This document shows, in pieces, positions 48,606 through 56,604 of a stretch of 56,604 nucleotides of DNA. This DNA is from Planctomycetaceae bacterium (GTDB taxonomy: Bacteria > Planctomycetota > Phycisphaerae > Phycisphaerales > SM1A02). The notes under the pieces were generated by a model. That model was not told the DNA's origin. It saw only the letters and a program-made list of their open reading frames with translations, and did not search any database. The stretch's first letter is position 1; every line of letters begins with the position of its first letter. The position numbers and the translations under genes are program-made. The stretch lies in assembly GCA_947480055.1 (NCBI GenBank), contig CANKBX010000001.1:1-56604 (forward strand), given 5' to 3'.

Positions 48606-50648
48606 TCACGTGTCGCGTTGCGCTGGGGTGGCCAAAGCATTTCCATGCGCTTGCAGATATCGACCCAAAGCCATCAGTGGAAAATAAAGTCGGTATAAGT
48701 GGTATCGCAAATAAAATACTTTTGGAAATCCCGTGCCCGTGAATTCAGTTTCGCGCCATGACCCAGCCGGGTCGCCGTCGGGGTTTTTTAGCGGATTTTG
48801 CGCGTCAATTTCACTCAGTTGCGTTTGCGCCAGCCACGCCAGCGCGCGCGCAAGATCTGCGTCATTGGCGCCGTAAATCTCCTGCAGGATCATCGCGCCC
48901 CACGCGGTTTGACTCGCGGTGCTCTCGCCTTGGCCTTTCAGGGAGGCATCCAAATAACTATTGGCGCTCTCGCCAAAACTACCGTCTGGTTTTTGCACCG
49001 ACTTAATCCACGCTCCCGCGTTTGCGATCCAAGATTCCGTGCGCGGCACGCCGCAGCGGATTGGACCAATCACCGCTTGCCATGTTCCGTAAATATAATT
49101 CACGCCCCAGCGGCCAAAGAAGCAACCCTCTGGTTCTTGCTTTGACTTGATGTACTCCACGGCGCCGCGCACCGCCGGATGATCGCTTTTGATTCCATGC
49201 CAACTCAAACATTCAAGCACGCGCCCAGTGATGTCGGGGCAACTTGGATCTTGAATAGCGTTGTGATCCGCGAAAGGAACATACTCATAAATTTTGCGAT
49301 CTTGCGTGCGATCAAACGCCGCCCAACCACCATCATTATTTTGCATGGACAACATCCATTGCACGCCGCGCAGAGCCGCCGATTCATTGGTTGGTCCGCC
49401 GATGCGCTTCAGGGCCATGGCCACCATCGCGGTGTCATCCACATCTGGATACCAAGCGTTGGCGTATTCAAAAAACCAGCCCGCGGGCGCGGTGCCAAGC
49501 TTTGTATTTTCAGCCCAATCGCCGCGAAATCGGCATTCTTTAGCGCGCAACCAATCGCCCGCACCTTCAACCGCGGCGTCGGACACGGTGAATCCGCAAT
49601 CGGCCAGCGCGTACAAAGCGATGCCCGTGTCCCACACTGGACTAAAGCACGGCTGAATACGAATGCGGTCGCCTTGTTCAATAAAAAATTCATCCAGTTC
49701 ATTTTCCGCGCGAACCACCATGGCGTCACCGCGACGAACACCTAAAGCGTGGAACACGATTTGGATATACACCATTGGCGGAAAGATGGCTCCAAGACCG
49801 CTTGTGGGCGCGGGCAAATCTTGACCACAACGAATTGCGCTCCAACGAAACGCCGCCGCAATGGCGCGCTTGCGCCAATTGGTTCCCAGAACGGTGTGCG
49901 CCAATTTCATGGCGCGATCCGTGGCGTGGAAAAAAATTCGCCAGCCGAGCGGCACATCTTGGCGCATTTTCAAACGATGTCGAGCGCCTTCATCCACAAA
50001 GAGTTCGTCAATTCCTTGGTCCGCCCTTAAATGGCGCGTTGGGCGAAGCGTGGCCACGATGGCCAGTGGCAACAACATGGTGCGGCTCCACGCGCTCATT
50101 TTGCTTAAGTGAAAATAAAACCACTTAGGAGCCCAAACTAATTCTGGTGGAATCGCCGGCACCGCATTCCACGAAATTTGCCCCAGACAGGCCAGGTAGA
50201 AATTTGAAAAACTATTGCAACATTCAGCCCCGCCCAAGGCACGGACCGTATCGCGGGCCTTCTTCATGTGCGGAGCATCCGGCGAATCTCCATGCAATTT
50301 AAGGCAAAAATAGCCTTTTACTGTGGCGCTTAAATCAACGTCGGAACCTGGATATTGTCCCCAACCACCATCCGGTCGCTGCTGATCCCTAAGTTGCCGG
50401 ACCAATTTCAACAAGGTGTCGGCGCCACGACCATCCACCATGGGCGCCGACTCTTGCGACAAAATCCATTTCATAAGCAGATATTCGCTTTGCAAAATGG
50501 AATCGCCTTGCAGTTCGGCGCACCAATGTCCATCCGTTTTTTGCAAGGAGCGAAGCGCGCGGTTGGCGGCTTGGGCACACGCGCGCAATGTGTGCAGGCT
50601 CGGGTTATCCGTGGCCGCTATTTGCGTTGAAGCTGTTTGCGAATTCAT
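48606..50648 (-). CDS. shc: Squalene-hopene cyclase
   Basis: Catalytic 'YPDVDDTA' (DXDD), QW repeats, 'QPCFSPVWDT', 'GRWGVNY.YGT', 'TGTGFP.VFYL.Y..Y'. Confidence 0.93.
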   Translation of the reverse strand: MNSQTASTQIAATDNPSLHTLRACAQAANRALRSLQKTDGHWCAELQGDSILQSEYLLMKWILSQESAPMVDGRGADTLLKLVRQLRDQQRPDGGWGQYPGSDVDLSATVKGYFCLKLHGDSPDAPHMKKARDTVRALGGAECCNSFSNFYLACLGQISWNAVPAIPPELVWAPKWFYFHLSKMSAWSRTMLLPLAIVATLRPTRHLRADQGIDELFVDEGARHRLKMRQDVPLGWRIFFHATDRAMKLAHTVLGTNWRKRAIAAAFRWSAIRCGQDLPAPTSGLGAIFPPMVYIQIVFHALGVRRGDAMVVRAENELDEFFIEQGDRIRIQPCFSPVWDTGIALYALADCGFTVSDAAVEGAGDWLRAKECRFRGDWAENTKLGTAPAGWFFEYANAWYPDVDDTAMVAMALKRIGGPTNESAALRGVQWMLSMQNNDGGWAAFDRTQDRKIYEYVPFADHNAIQDPSCPDITGRVLECLSWHGIKSDHPAVRGAVEYIKSKQEPEGCFFGRWGVNYIYGTWQAVIGPIRCGVPRTESWIANAGAWIKSVQKPDGSFGESANSYLDASLKGQGESTASQTAWGAMILQEIYGANDADLARALAWLAQTQLSEIDAQNPLKNPDGDPAGSWRETEFTGTGFPKVFYLRYHLYRLYFPLMALGRYLQAHGNALATPAQRDT

Positions 50649-50692
50649 GCGAATGAAAAAGTATAACGAGCGCCGCCACGCGCTCCAACTTT

Positions 50693-51922
50693 CTAAATTG
50701 CGTCAGTTCGCATCCAGCATCGCTCGCGCGCGCTGATCATTGCGGCTTCTAGAACTTGTTGGGTTCGATAAGCGTCCACAAAATCAGCCAGCGGTTGCTC
50801 TGGCTCGCCCCCCGCCAACACCGCGCAAATATCCGCGGCCATGCTGATAAATCCATGCTCATAACCAAGCACATGTCCTGGTGGCCAATAGTGGTCGATA
50901 TATGGATGCGACGGATCAGTGCACAAAATGCGGCTCCAACCCTGCTCGCGCGCTGGCAATGTGTCGTCCCACCATTGCAATTCGTTCATGCGCTCAAAAT
51001 CAAATTTCACGCTGCCAAATTCCCCATTCACCTCCATGTGATTGGCATTTTTATTTCCCGTAGCCATTCGACTGGCCTCGAAACTTGCGACCGCGCCATT
51101 GTGCATGCGCGCAAGAAACAAGAACGCATCATCCACCGTGCATGCTTGCCGCTTGGCGCCTCGTTTACTTTTTTGCGCGCCCAATCCCAATCTTTTTGAA
51201 CTCGCCGTCACCACGGCTCGCTCTTGAATAAATTGCGCCTCCATTGCGCCACACACTTCCACAATTTCATCGCCCGTGACAAATCGCGCCATGTCAATCA
51301 AGTGCGCGTTCAAATCACCGTGCGCGCCGCTGCCCGCAAGCTTTGAATCAAAGCGCCAAGAGTGCGGCGTGCTGTCTCGGCCCCAATCTTGCAAATACTG
51401 CGCGCGGATATGTCGAATACGACCCAAGCGACCTTGTTGAATAAGTTCGCGCATAAGCGATACCGCGGCACATCTGCGATAGTTGAACCACACAAAAGTT
51501 CGCACGCCTTTCTTGGCTCCAAGCGCGGCCAAAGCCATGTCGCGCGCATCAGTGATCGTGTTGGCGAGCGGTTTTTCGCAAGCGACATGCTTGCCCGCCT
51601 TCAACGCCGCGATGGAAATCTCGGCATGCAAATAATTTGGAACACAGACATCCACCAAGCCAACTTGCGGGTCCTTGATCAGGCGCTCCCAGCTTTGCGC
51701 CGACTTTAAAACACCCCATTTCGCAGCAAATTCATTGGATTCACTCGCGTGTCCACCGGCCACAGCCGCCAACCTGGGTCGACACTTCAGATTAAAAAAT
51801 AGTGGCGACTGCCGCCATGCATTGGCGTGGACGCGCCCCATGAATCCCGCTCCAACAAGACCAATTCCAACTTCTCGCATGGACTTCGTTTTCAAACTTC
51901 GTTTGGATTTTGTTTTTTTCAT
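50693..51922 (-). CDS. Gfo/Idh/MocA family oxidoreductase
   Basis: 'GAGFMG..H', 'GKHVACEKPLA', 'YLQDW', 'GSGAHGDLNAHLID', 'WPPGH.LGYEH'. Confidence 0.92.
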   Translation of the reverse strand: MKKTKSKRSLKTKSMREVGIGLVGAGFMGRVHANAWRQSPLFFNLKCRPRLAAVAGGHASESNEFAAKWGVLKSAQSWERLIKDPQVGLVDVCVPNYLHAEISIAALKAGKHVACEKPLANTITDARDMALAALGAKKGVRTFVWFNYRRCAAVSLMRELIQQGRLGRIRHIRAQYLQDWGRDSTPHSWRFDSKLAGSGAHGDLNAHLIDMARFVTGDEIVEVCGAMEAQFIQERAVVTASSKRLGLGAQKSKRGAKRQACTVDDAFLFLARMHNGAVASFEASRMATGNKNANHMEVNGEFGSVKFDFERMNELQWWDDTLPAREQGWSRILCTDPSHPYIDHYWPPGHVLGYEHGFISMAADICAVLAGGEPEQPLADFVDAYRTQQVLEAAMISARERCWMRTDAI

Positions 51923-52019
51923 AACGCCACATCATCTTTAAGTTGAATCCTTCAACGATGAATTCGCACACTGCGATCCACGCCCGCCGTATGCTAACGG
52001 CTCAACTCAAGGAGCTTCC

Positions 52020-53315
52020 ATGTCATCAATCGAAACCCGTCTTGAACACATCGAACTACAACTGCAACTGATCAAGCAACAACGCCGCCGTGAACGAGGC
52101 CTGGGTTTGATCTGCGCCACATTGCTCGGCGCCGCGGCTCTTGTGGGCTTCACACGCTCGCCTGTGCCCGAAGTGATTCAGGCCAGCCGACTGGAAATTT
52201 TAGACTCCGAAGGAAAAATCACCTGTCTGCTTTCAAACACTCCAAACGGTGGACAACTTGATGTGTGGAGCAAGGGCGGCGCCAACATCGCGCGAATTTC
52301 TTCCAGTGAATCAGGTGGAGATCTTGCGCTTTGGAATTCCGCGGGCAAGCCAGTGGCTGGAATTTTTGCAAACAGCACAGGTGGTCGCGTTGAAGTCACG
52401 CGAGGCTCAGGGCAAATCGCCGCCTATATGGAGGCCACCAACGATGGATCGGACTTTGTGTTGACGCGCAGCGACAGCGAGGAAAGCTCCTTGCAACTCA
52501 GCGTGAACGCCCAACGAACCGTGGGCACTGTGCATAGCTCAAACGGCAAACAGGCGGTGCGATTTGGCGCCAGCGCAAATGGCGCGGCCTTCAGCGTGCT
52601 GGACGATTCTGAAAAAGAAGTCGCATATGTAGGTTCCGACGCCAAACATGCGGGCATGTTTCGCATCGCGGGCACCAACGGAACCACCGCCGTTGAATGC
52701 GGCGTGAATGAGAACGGTGGCGAATTTCGCATCGCAACCACAAAAGGAAAGACAGCTGTTGAATGCGGCGTGAACGAGAACGGTGGTCAATTTCTTATCG
52801 CTGACACAAATGGAACCACCGCTGTTGAATGCAAAGTGAACGATGGTGGTGGCGAACTCGCGGTGCGTGAAACCAACGGAGATGGCGGCTGCATCTTTGG
52901 CAACACCACCATGCGCGGAGGATTCACTGAAATCCGAAATCATGATGGCAAAGCCGCTGTCTCATTTGAAGTGCAAGAAAATCTTGGCGGACGCGCCACC
53001 GTCCGCACCGCAACTGGGCAAATCGCCGCGTTGATGGATCAAGGCAAGGAAGAAAGCGGCACAGTGCAGGTTTACGCTGGCGCCACACGCGTGGCGGCTT
53101 TGGGTGGCGGACCCACTGGCGGACTTCTCAATCTCTTCAATATGAAGGGCAAAGCCGTGGTTGTGACTGGCGCGGCATCGGATACCGACGGCGGGTTGCT
53201 GAGTTTGCGCAATAGCAGCGGGCAACAAACGGTGCGCGCCGCGGCTGAACCAAGCGGTGAAGTGGGAAGTTATTCCAGCGATGGCATGCGTAAACGTATT
53301 TTGATCGCGCCCTAA
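52020..53315 (+). CDS. Hypothetical membrane-anchored beta-repeat protein
   Basis: SD AAGGAG; N-terminal coiled coil and TM; then ~22-aa Gly-rich beta repeats. Confidence 0.78.
   Translation: MSSIETRLEHIELQLQLIKQQRRRERGLGLICATLLGAAALVGFTRSPVPEVIQASRLEILDSEGKITCLLSNTPNGGQLDVWSKGGANIARISSSESGGDLALWNSAGKPVAGIFANSTGGRVEVTRGSGQIAAYMEATNDGSDFVLTRSDSEESSLQLSVNAQRTVGTVHSSNGKQAVRFGASANGAAFSVLDDSEKEVAYVGSDAKHAGMFRIAGTNGTTAVECGVNENGGEFRIATTKGKTAVECGVNENGGQFLIADTNGTTAVECKVNDGGGELAVRETNGDGGCIFGNTTMRGGFTEIRNHDGKAAVSFEVQENLGGRATVRTATGQIAALMDQGKEESGTVQVYAGATRVAALGGGPTGGLLNLFNMKGKAVVVTGAASDTDGGLLSLRNSSGQQTVRAAAEPSGEVGSYSSDGMRKRILIAP
52659..52856 (+). repeat. Coding tandem repeat, 66-bp unit, 3 copies
   Basis: FRIAGTNGTTAVECGVNENGGE / FRIATTKGKTAVECGVNENGGQ / FLIADTNGTTAVECKVNDGGGE. 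Confidence 0.9.
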
Positions 53316-53317
53316 TA

Positions 53318-53365
53318 AATCACTTGATGAATCACTGAATGAATCAATTGATCAATCACTTGCGC
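53318..53365. repeat. Intergenic 12-bp tandem repeat, 4 copies
   Basis: aatcacttgatg aatcactgaatg aatcaattgatc aatcacttgcgc. Confidence 0.8.
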
Positions 53366-53408
53366 GCAAATGCGACGTGTTCCAAACATCCGCTGCGATG
53401 AGTCGCTC

Positions 53409-53813
53409 TCAAGCAACTGGCGTGAATGTCGCGCCGGATTGCGCGTAGAAATTCACCATGTCGCCCGCGTTAAAATCCGCCGCGCTTTGGCCGTCAAATG
53501 GCTCAACCCACATAGGCACAACCACCTCGCACAGCAAACGGTTTTTTGCAAGATCAATCGCCAACACGCGCGCCTGCACAACTCGTGGGTGCCCGTAAAT
53601 TGGCTCGATGAAGGAACCACCCGCGCTTGCCTTGTGCATCCGCAGCGCCTTGATGTCGATCACGCCTTGAATTCTCTTGCCAACGTGCGCGGAGGTCTTT
53701 CCACTGCACACAAGGTGAATTTGATAATCGGTGGACGGAATCGCCAGGATGATTTTGTCGCCATCCAATTGTTGAAGAACGGCGCGGGTGAGATCGCTGG
53801 CGGTGCTTTGCAT
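53409..53813 (-). CDS. Hypothetical protein
   Basis: Fills the gap directly downstream of trpG; beta-rich, protein-like composition; no family recognised. Confidence 0.7.
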   Translation of the reverse strand: MQSTASDLTRAVLQQLDGDKIILAIPSTDYQIHLVCSGKTSAHVGKRIQGVIDIKALRMHKASAGGSFIEPIYGHPRVVQARVLAIDLAKNRLLCEVVVPMWVEPFDGQSAADFNAGDMVNFYAQSGATFTPVA

Positions 53814-53823
53814 GGGAATCAGT

Positions 53824-54420
53824 TTAGCGCACCACCGCGGACATGGCTAAAAAATTCGACAACAACTTTGGTCCGTCGGGCGTTAAAAAACTTTCGGGAT
53901 GAAACTGCACGCCCTCCATCGGAGCCTCACCTGGCTTGATTCGCAGGCGAATTCCCATGATAATTCCATCATCGGTTTGGGCGCTCACCTCAAACTCGCT
54001 CGAGAGAGTGGCCGGATCAATCACCAACGAGTGATAGCGCGTGGCTTGAAATGGCTGCGGCATTTCCAGAAAAACTCCGCGCCCATCGTGATGAATTTGG
54101 CTGGTCTTGCCATGCATGGGTTTGTCGGCGCGGCGCACCGTCATGCCGTGGCAATCACCAATCGTTTGATGCCCAAGACACACGCCCAAAATTGGAATGC
54201 GCCCGCGAAAATATTGAATCAACTCCGCGCTCACGCCGGCCTCTTTGGGAGTGCATGGCCCCGGTGAAATCACAAGATGCGTTGGCTTCATGGCCGCCGC
54301 GCGCTCGCAATCAATGGCGTCATTGCGAACAACGTCCACACGTAAACCAGGGCGCGCCTCTTGCATGCGGTGCGCCAAGTTCCAAGTGAATGAATCATAA
54401 TTATCGATCAGCAGAACCAC
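53824..54420 (-). CDS. trpG: Anthranilate/aminodeoxychorismate synthase component II (glutamine amidotransferase)
   Basis: 'LIDNYDSFT.NL', 'SPGPCTP', 'GVCLGHQ', 'RYHSL', 'GVQFHPES'. Confidence 0.92.
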   Translation of the reverse strand: MVLLIDNYDSFTWNLAHRMQEARPGLRVDVVRNDAIDCERAAAMKPTHLVISPGPCTPKEAGVSAELIQYFRGRIPILGVCLGHQTIGDCHGMTVRRADKPMHGKTSQIHHDGRGVFLEMPQPFQATRYHSLVIDPATLSSEFEVSAQTDDGIIMGIRLRIKPGEAPMEGVQFHPESFLTPDGPKLLSNFLAMSAVVR

Positions 54421-54451
54421 GCCACGATGCTAGCGAAGCGTGCCTCGCTGT

Positions 54452-55249
54452 TCAGGCGGCTTCTTCCGCAGTGCCCGCCACGCCATCACGCGTGACAAGA
54501 AACAGCGAACTGGTGATTGGATATGGAAGCCGTTGATAATCGCGGCCAATGCGCCGCGAAATGCGCTCCACAAAATTGGGCGGATTGCATGTCATGGCCA
54601 CGAACATGTCGCGTGCCGGGGTGGCAACAAAAAAGTCGCCGCCGAGTTGCGGAGCCAGTTTCAGATGCAGCGAATCAAGCAACAACCGCGCGGCGTCGTA
54701 TCCATCTTGCAACGCCACAATCGCGGCCTTGCCGCCATCCTCGCCTTCGACAATGCGCACCTTCAACTCCGGCGCGTAGCGGGCCAAATTTTCCCGAGCC
54801 AAGATTTCCAAATCATCCAATTGAACTCCCCAGCGCACCATCTGCTCCACCGTCACGCTCACGGTGACATGCGGCATGTCAATCACAAACACAACAACTG
54901 TTTCATTGACAAATGGAATGTGCGCCACTTGCTCACGGTCGAGGTGCGTGAAAATACTTTCAGGTTGAATGCGCGGCATGATGCGATTGCGCACCAAGGA
55001 AAACGGCATGGGAAGACCGCCAATGGAATCGCCCTCCATCAATTTGTCGATGTAGCTTTCCACAATGTCCTCGGCGCGCGCGGGATCCTGTTTGGCGATT
55101 CGCCAAAGATTTTCCAACCCAAGGTGCCTTCCATCAATCACCAAATCCATTGGACCGGCGATTTCAAACTTGTGGCTGGACCATTGTCGAAGAAAAATTC
55201 TCTTGACAAAGCCTGTAAAATCCTCGGGATTCATAGGAAATGCTTCCAT
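54452..55249 (-). CDS. DUF1444-like protein
   Basis: 'I.PRI', 'A.ENL', 'DGYDAARLL', 'VATPARD', 'YPIT..LF'. SD CAGGAG lies before ATG 55249. Confidence 0.65.
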   Translation of the reverse strand: MEAFPMNPEDFTGFVKRIFLRQWSSHKFEIAGPMDLVIDGRHLGLENLWRIAKQDPARAEDIVESYIDKLMEGDSIGGLPMPFSLVRNRIMPRIQPESIFTHLDREQVAHIPFVNETVVVFVIDMPHVTVSVTVEQMVRWGVQLDDLEILARENLARYAPELKVRIVEGEDGGKAAIVALQDGYDAARLLLDSLHLKLAPQLGGDFFVATPARDMFVAMTCNPPNFVERISRRIGRDYQRLPYPITSSLFLVTRDGVAGTAEEAA

Positions 55250-55376
55250 GCTTTCAACTCCTGAAACGGTCCACCGCCACACGCGTCCGATACGCTCGGC
55301 TCGCACATCACATACGGTGTATTACAACTTTTATACTGTCGGGTGAAATTCCTAAAAAACCGTAAAATGAACGATT

Positions 55377-56204
55377 ATGTCCCACCAAAACGATGTTCTT
55401 GAAACGTTTTTCGCCCATCCGCACCAACGCCTGCTTGTCATTGGCGGTCCATGCGTGTTGGAGTCCGACGCCATCAATCAACAGATTGGCGAAACACTGC
55501 GCGACACGTGCAAAGAATTGGGATTAAGTTTTGTTTTCAAAGCCAGCTTTGACAAGGCCAACCGTTCAAGCGTGAGGAGCCCGCGCGGGCCCGGAATCAA
55601 GTCGGGCTTGGAGCGCTTGGGGAAATTGCGCGAGTCGCTTGGCGTTCCAGTGACCACGGATATTCACGATGCCAGTCAATGCCAAGCCGTCGCCCAAGTC
55701 GTTGACATGTTGCAAGTGCCGGCGTTTCTATGTCGACAAACAGATTTACTTTTGGCCGCGGCCGACACCGGCAAACCGGTGAATGTGAAGAAGGGCCAAT
55801 TCATGAGTCCCGCGGAAATGGGACATGTGGTTGCGAAAGTTCGCGAAGGCGGTTGCCGCATGATCATGCTCACCGAACGCGGAACAACGTTTGGCTACAA
55901 CCGATTGGTGAATGACTTCATGGGTATTGGTGATTTAATGGAATTGGAAGTTCCAATTTGCTTTGACGCGACACACAGCACGCAGCTTCCAGGCGCGGAA
56001 GGTGAACGCACGGGTGGCCGTCCAGAACGCGCTCCTTTATTGGCAAAAGCTGCTGTTGCCGTGGGCGTTTCCGCTATTTTTATTGAATGCCATCCTGAAC
56101 CCGCCAAGGCACTGAGCGATGTCAGCACCATGCTGCCGCTGAGCAGCGTGCCTCAATTATTAAAAACACTCGACGCGATTCGCCGCGCCACAAACAATGG
56201 CTGA
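55377..56204 (+). CDS. kdsA: KDO 8-phosphate synthase
   Basis: 'GPCVLES', 'KASFDKANRSS', 'QVPAFLCRQTDLL', 'NVKKGQF', 'ERG..FGYN', 'DATHS'. Confidence 0.96.
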   Translation: MSHQNDVLETFFAHPHQRLLVIGGPCVLESDAINQQIGETLRDTCKELGLSFVFKASFDKANRSSVRSPRGPGIKSGLERLGKLRESLGVPVTTDIHDASQCQAVAQVVDMLQVPAFLCRQTDLLLAAADTGKPVNVKKGQFMSPAEMGHVVAKVREGGCRMIMLTERGTTFGYNRLVNDFMGIGDLMELEVPICFDATHSTQLPGAEGERTGGRPERAPLLAKAAVAVGVSAIFIECHPEPAKALSDVSTMLPLSSVPQLLKTLDAIRRATNNG

Positions 56205-56269
56205 ATTTATACATAATTGCCGCGCGATCAATCAGACGCGGCGCCGCTGTTGCCTATAATAAACCCGCC

Positions 56270-56604
56270 ATGAAATGTGATCTCTGCGACAACCCGGCGA
56301 TGGTGCATGAAGTTGTCATCCAAAATGGAAACAAGATGGAATTACATTTGTGCGCCGAACACGCGGCGGCCAAGGGATATATTTTACCCACGGTTCCGGT
56401 GACGCAAATCCTAAAACAATTCGCGGCCACGGGAAAATCACTCAAGGCGCAGAAAGCCGCCGCTCGATGTTGCGACGCATGCGGACTCACCTTCGCGGAG
56501 TTCCGCCAAACAGGTCGTTTCGGTTGCGCCACGTGCTACGACTCATTCATGCCATCGGTGGCGGCCATTATTGAACGGGCCCAATCCGGCGCCGTGAGCC
56601 ATCG
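56270..56604 (+). CDS. mcsA: McsA-like protein (arginine kinase activator), truncated by the window end
   Basis: Own translation: MKCDLCDNPAMVH...HLCAEHA...CDACGLTFAEFRQTGRFGCATCYDSF, i.e. CXXC motifs with the McsA-typical 'F.EF...GR.GC..CY..F'. Confidence 0.85.
   Translation, partial: MKCDLCDNPAMVHEVVIQNGNKMELHLCAEHAAAKGYILPTVPVTQILKQFAATGKSLKAQKAAARCCDACGLTFAEFRQTGRFGCATCYDSFMPSVAAIIERAQSGAVSH

Noticed and set aside
36328..50648. Hopanoid biosynthetic gene cluster
   Set aside because: shc and the GT2 gene are separated by unrelated housekeeping genes; they do not form a contiguous cluster.
56254..56574. ORF-track calls 56254-56532 (-) and 56350-56574 (+)
   Set aside because: They are superseded by the McsA frame starting at 56270, which has no stop inside the window.

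Overview
A gene-dense, mostly housekeeping chromosomal segment. It is probably from a Planctomycetota (Phycisphaerae-like) bacterium; this is inferred from the ClpC/McsA pair, the GyrA and STAS sequences and the gene content, and was not confirmed by any search. About 45 CDSs are supported: a DUF1016/YhcG nuclease, an EAL protein, iscS-iscU-iscA, panC, a polyprenyl synthase, icd, yebC, nusA-infB-rbfA, dsbD, a WecA-like transferase with an O-antigen ligase, LOG-lpxI-tlyA, gyrA-STAS-exbD-tonB-like, surE, a GT2, lolE/lolD-like genes, clpC, nadB, a TolB-like protein, rluA, shc, trpG, kdsA and a truncated mcsA. I found no tRNA, rRNA, CRISPR array, integrase or transposase. The strongest leads are five. 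(1) A perfect 15-bp in-frame palindrome in the inter-domain linker of the DUF1016 nuclease gene, with a nested 94-nt hairpin upstream of it. (2) A ~280-nt structured RNA ahead of nusA with its own promoter, terminator and a competing anti-terminator pairing. (3) An isocitrate dehydrogenase carrying the cyanobacterial-type insertion. (4) Repeated -10 hexamers 6-9 nt before start codons, suggesting leaderless transcripts. (5) An EAL protein lacking the catalytic Glu. None of these proves a new system without searches or experiments.
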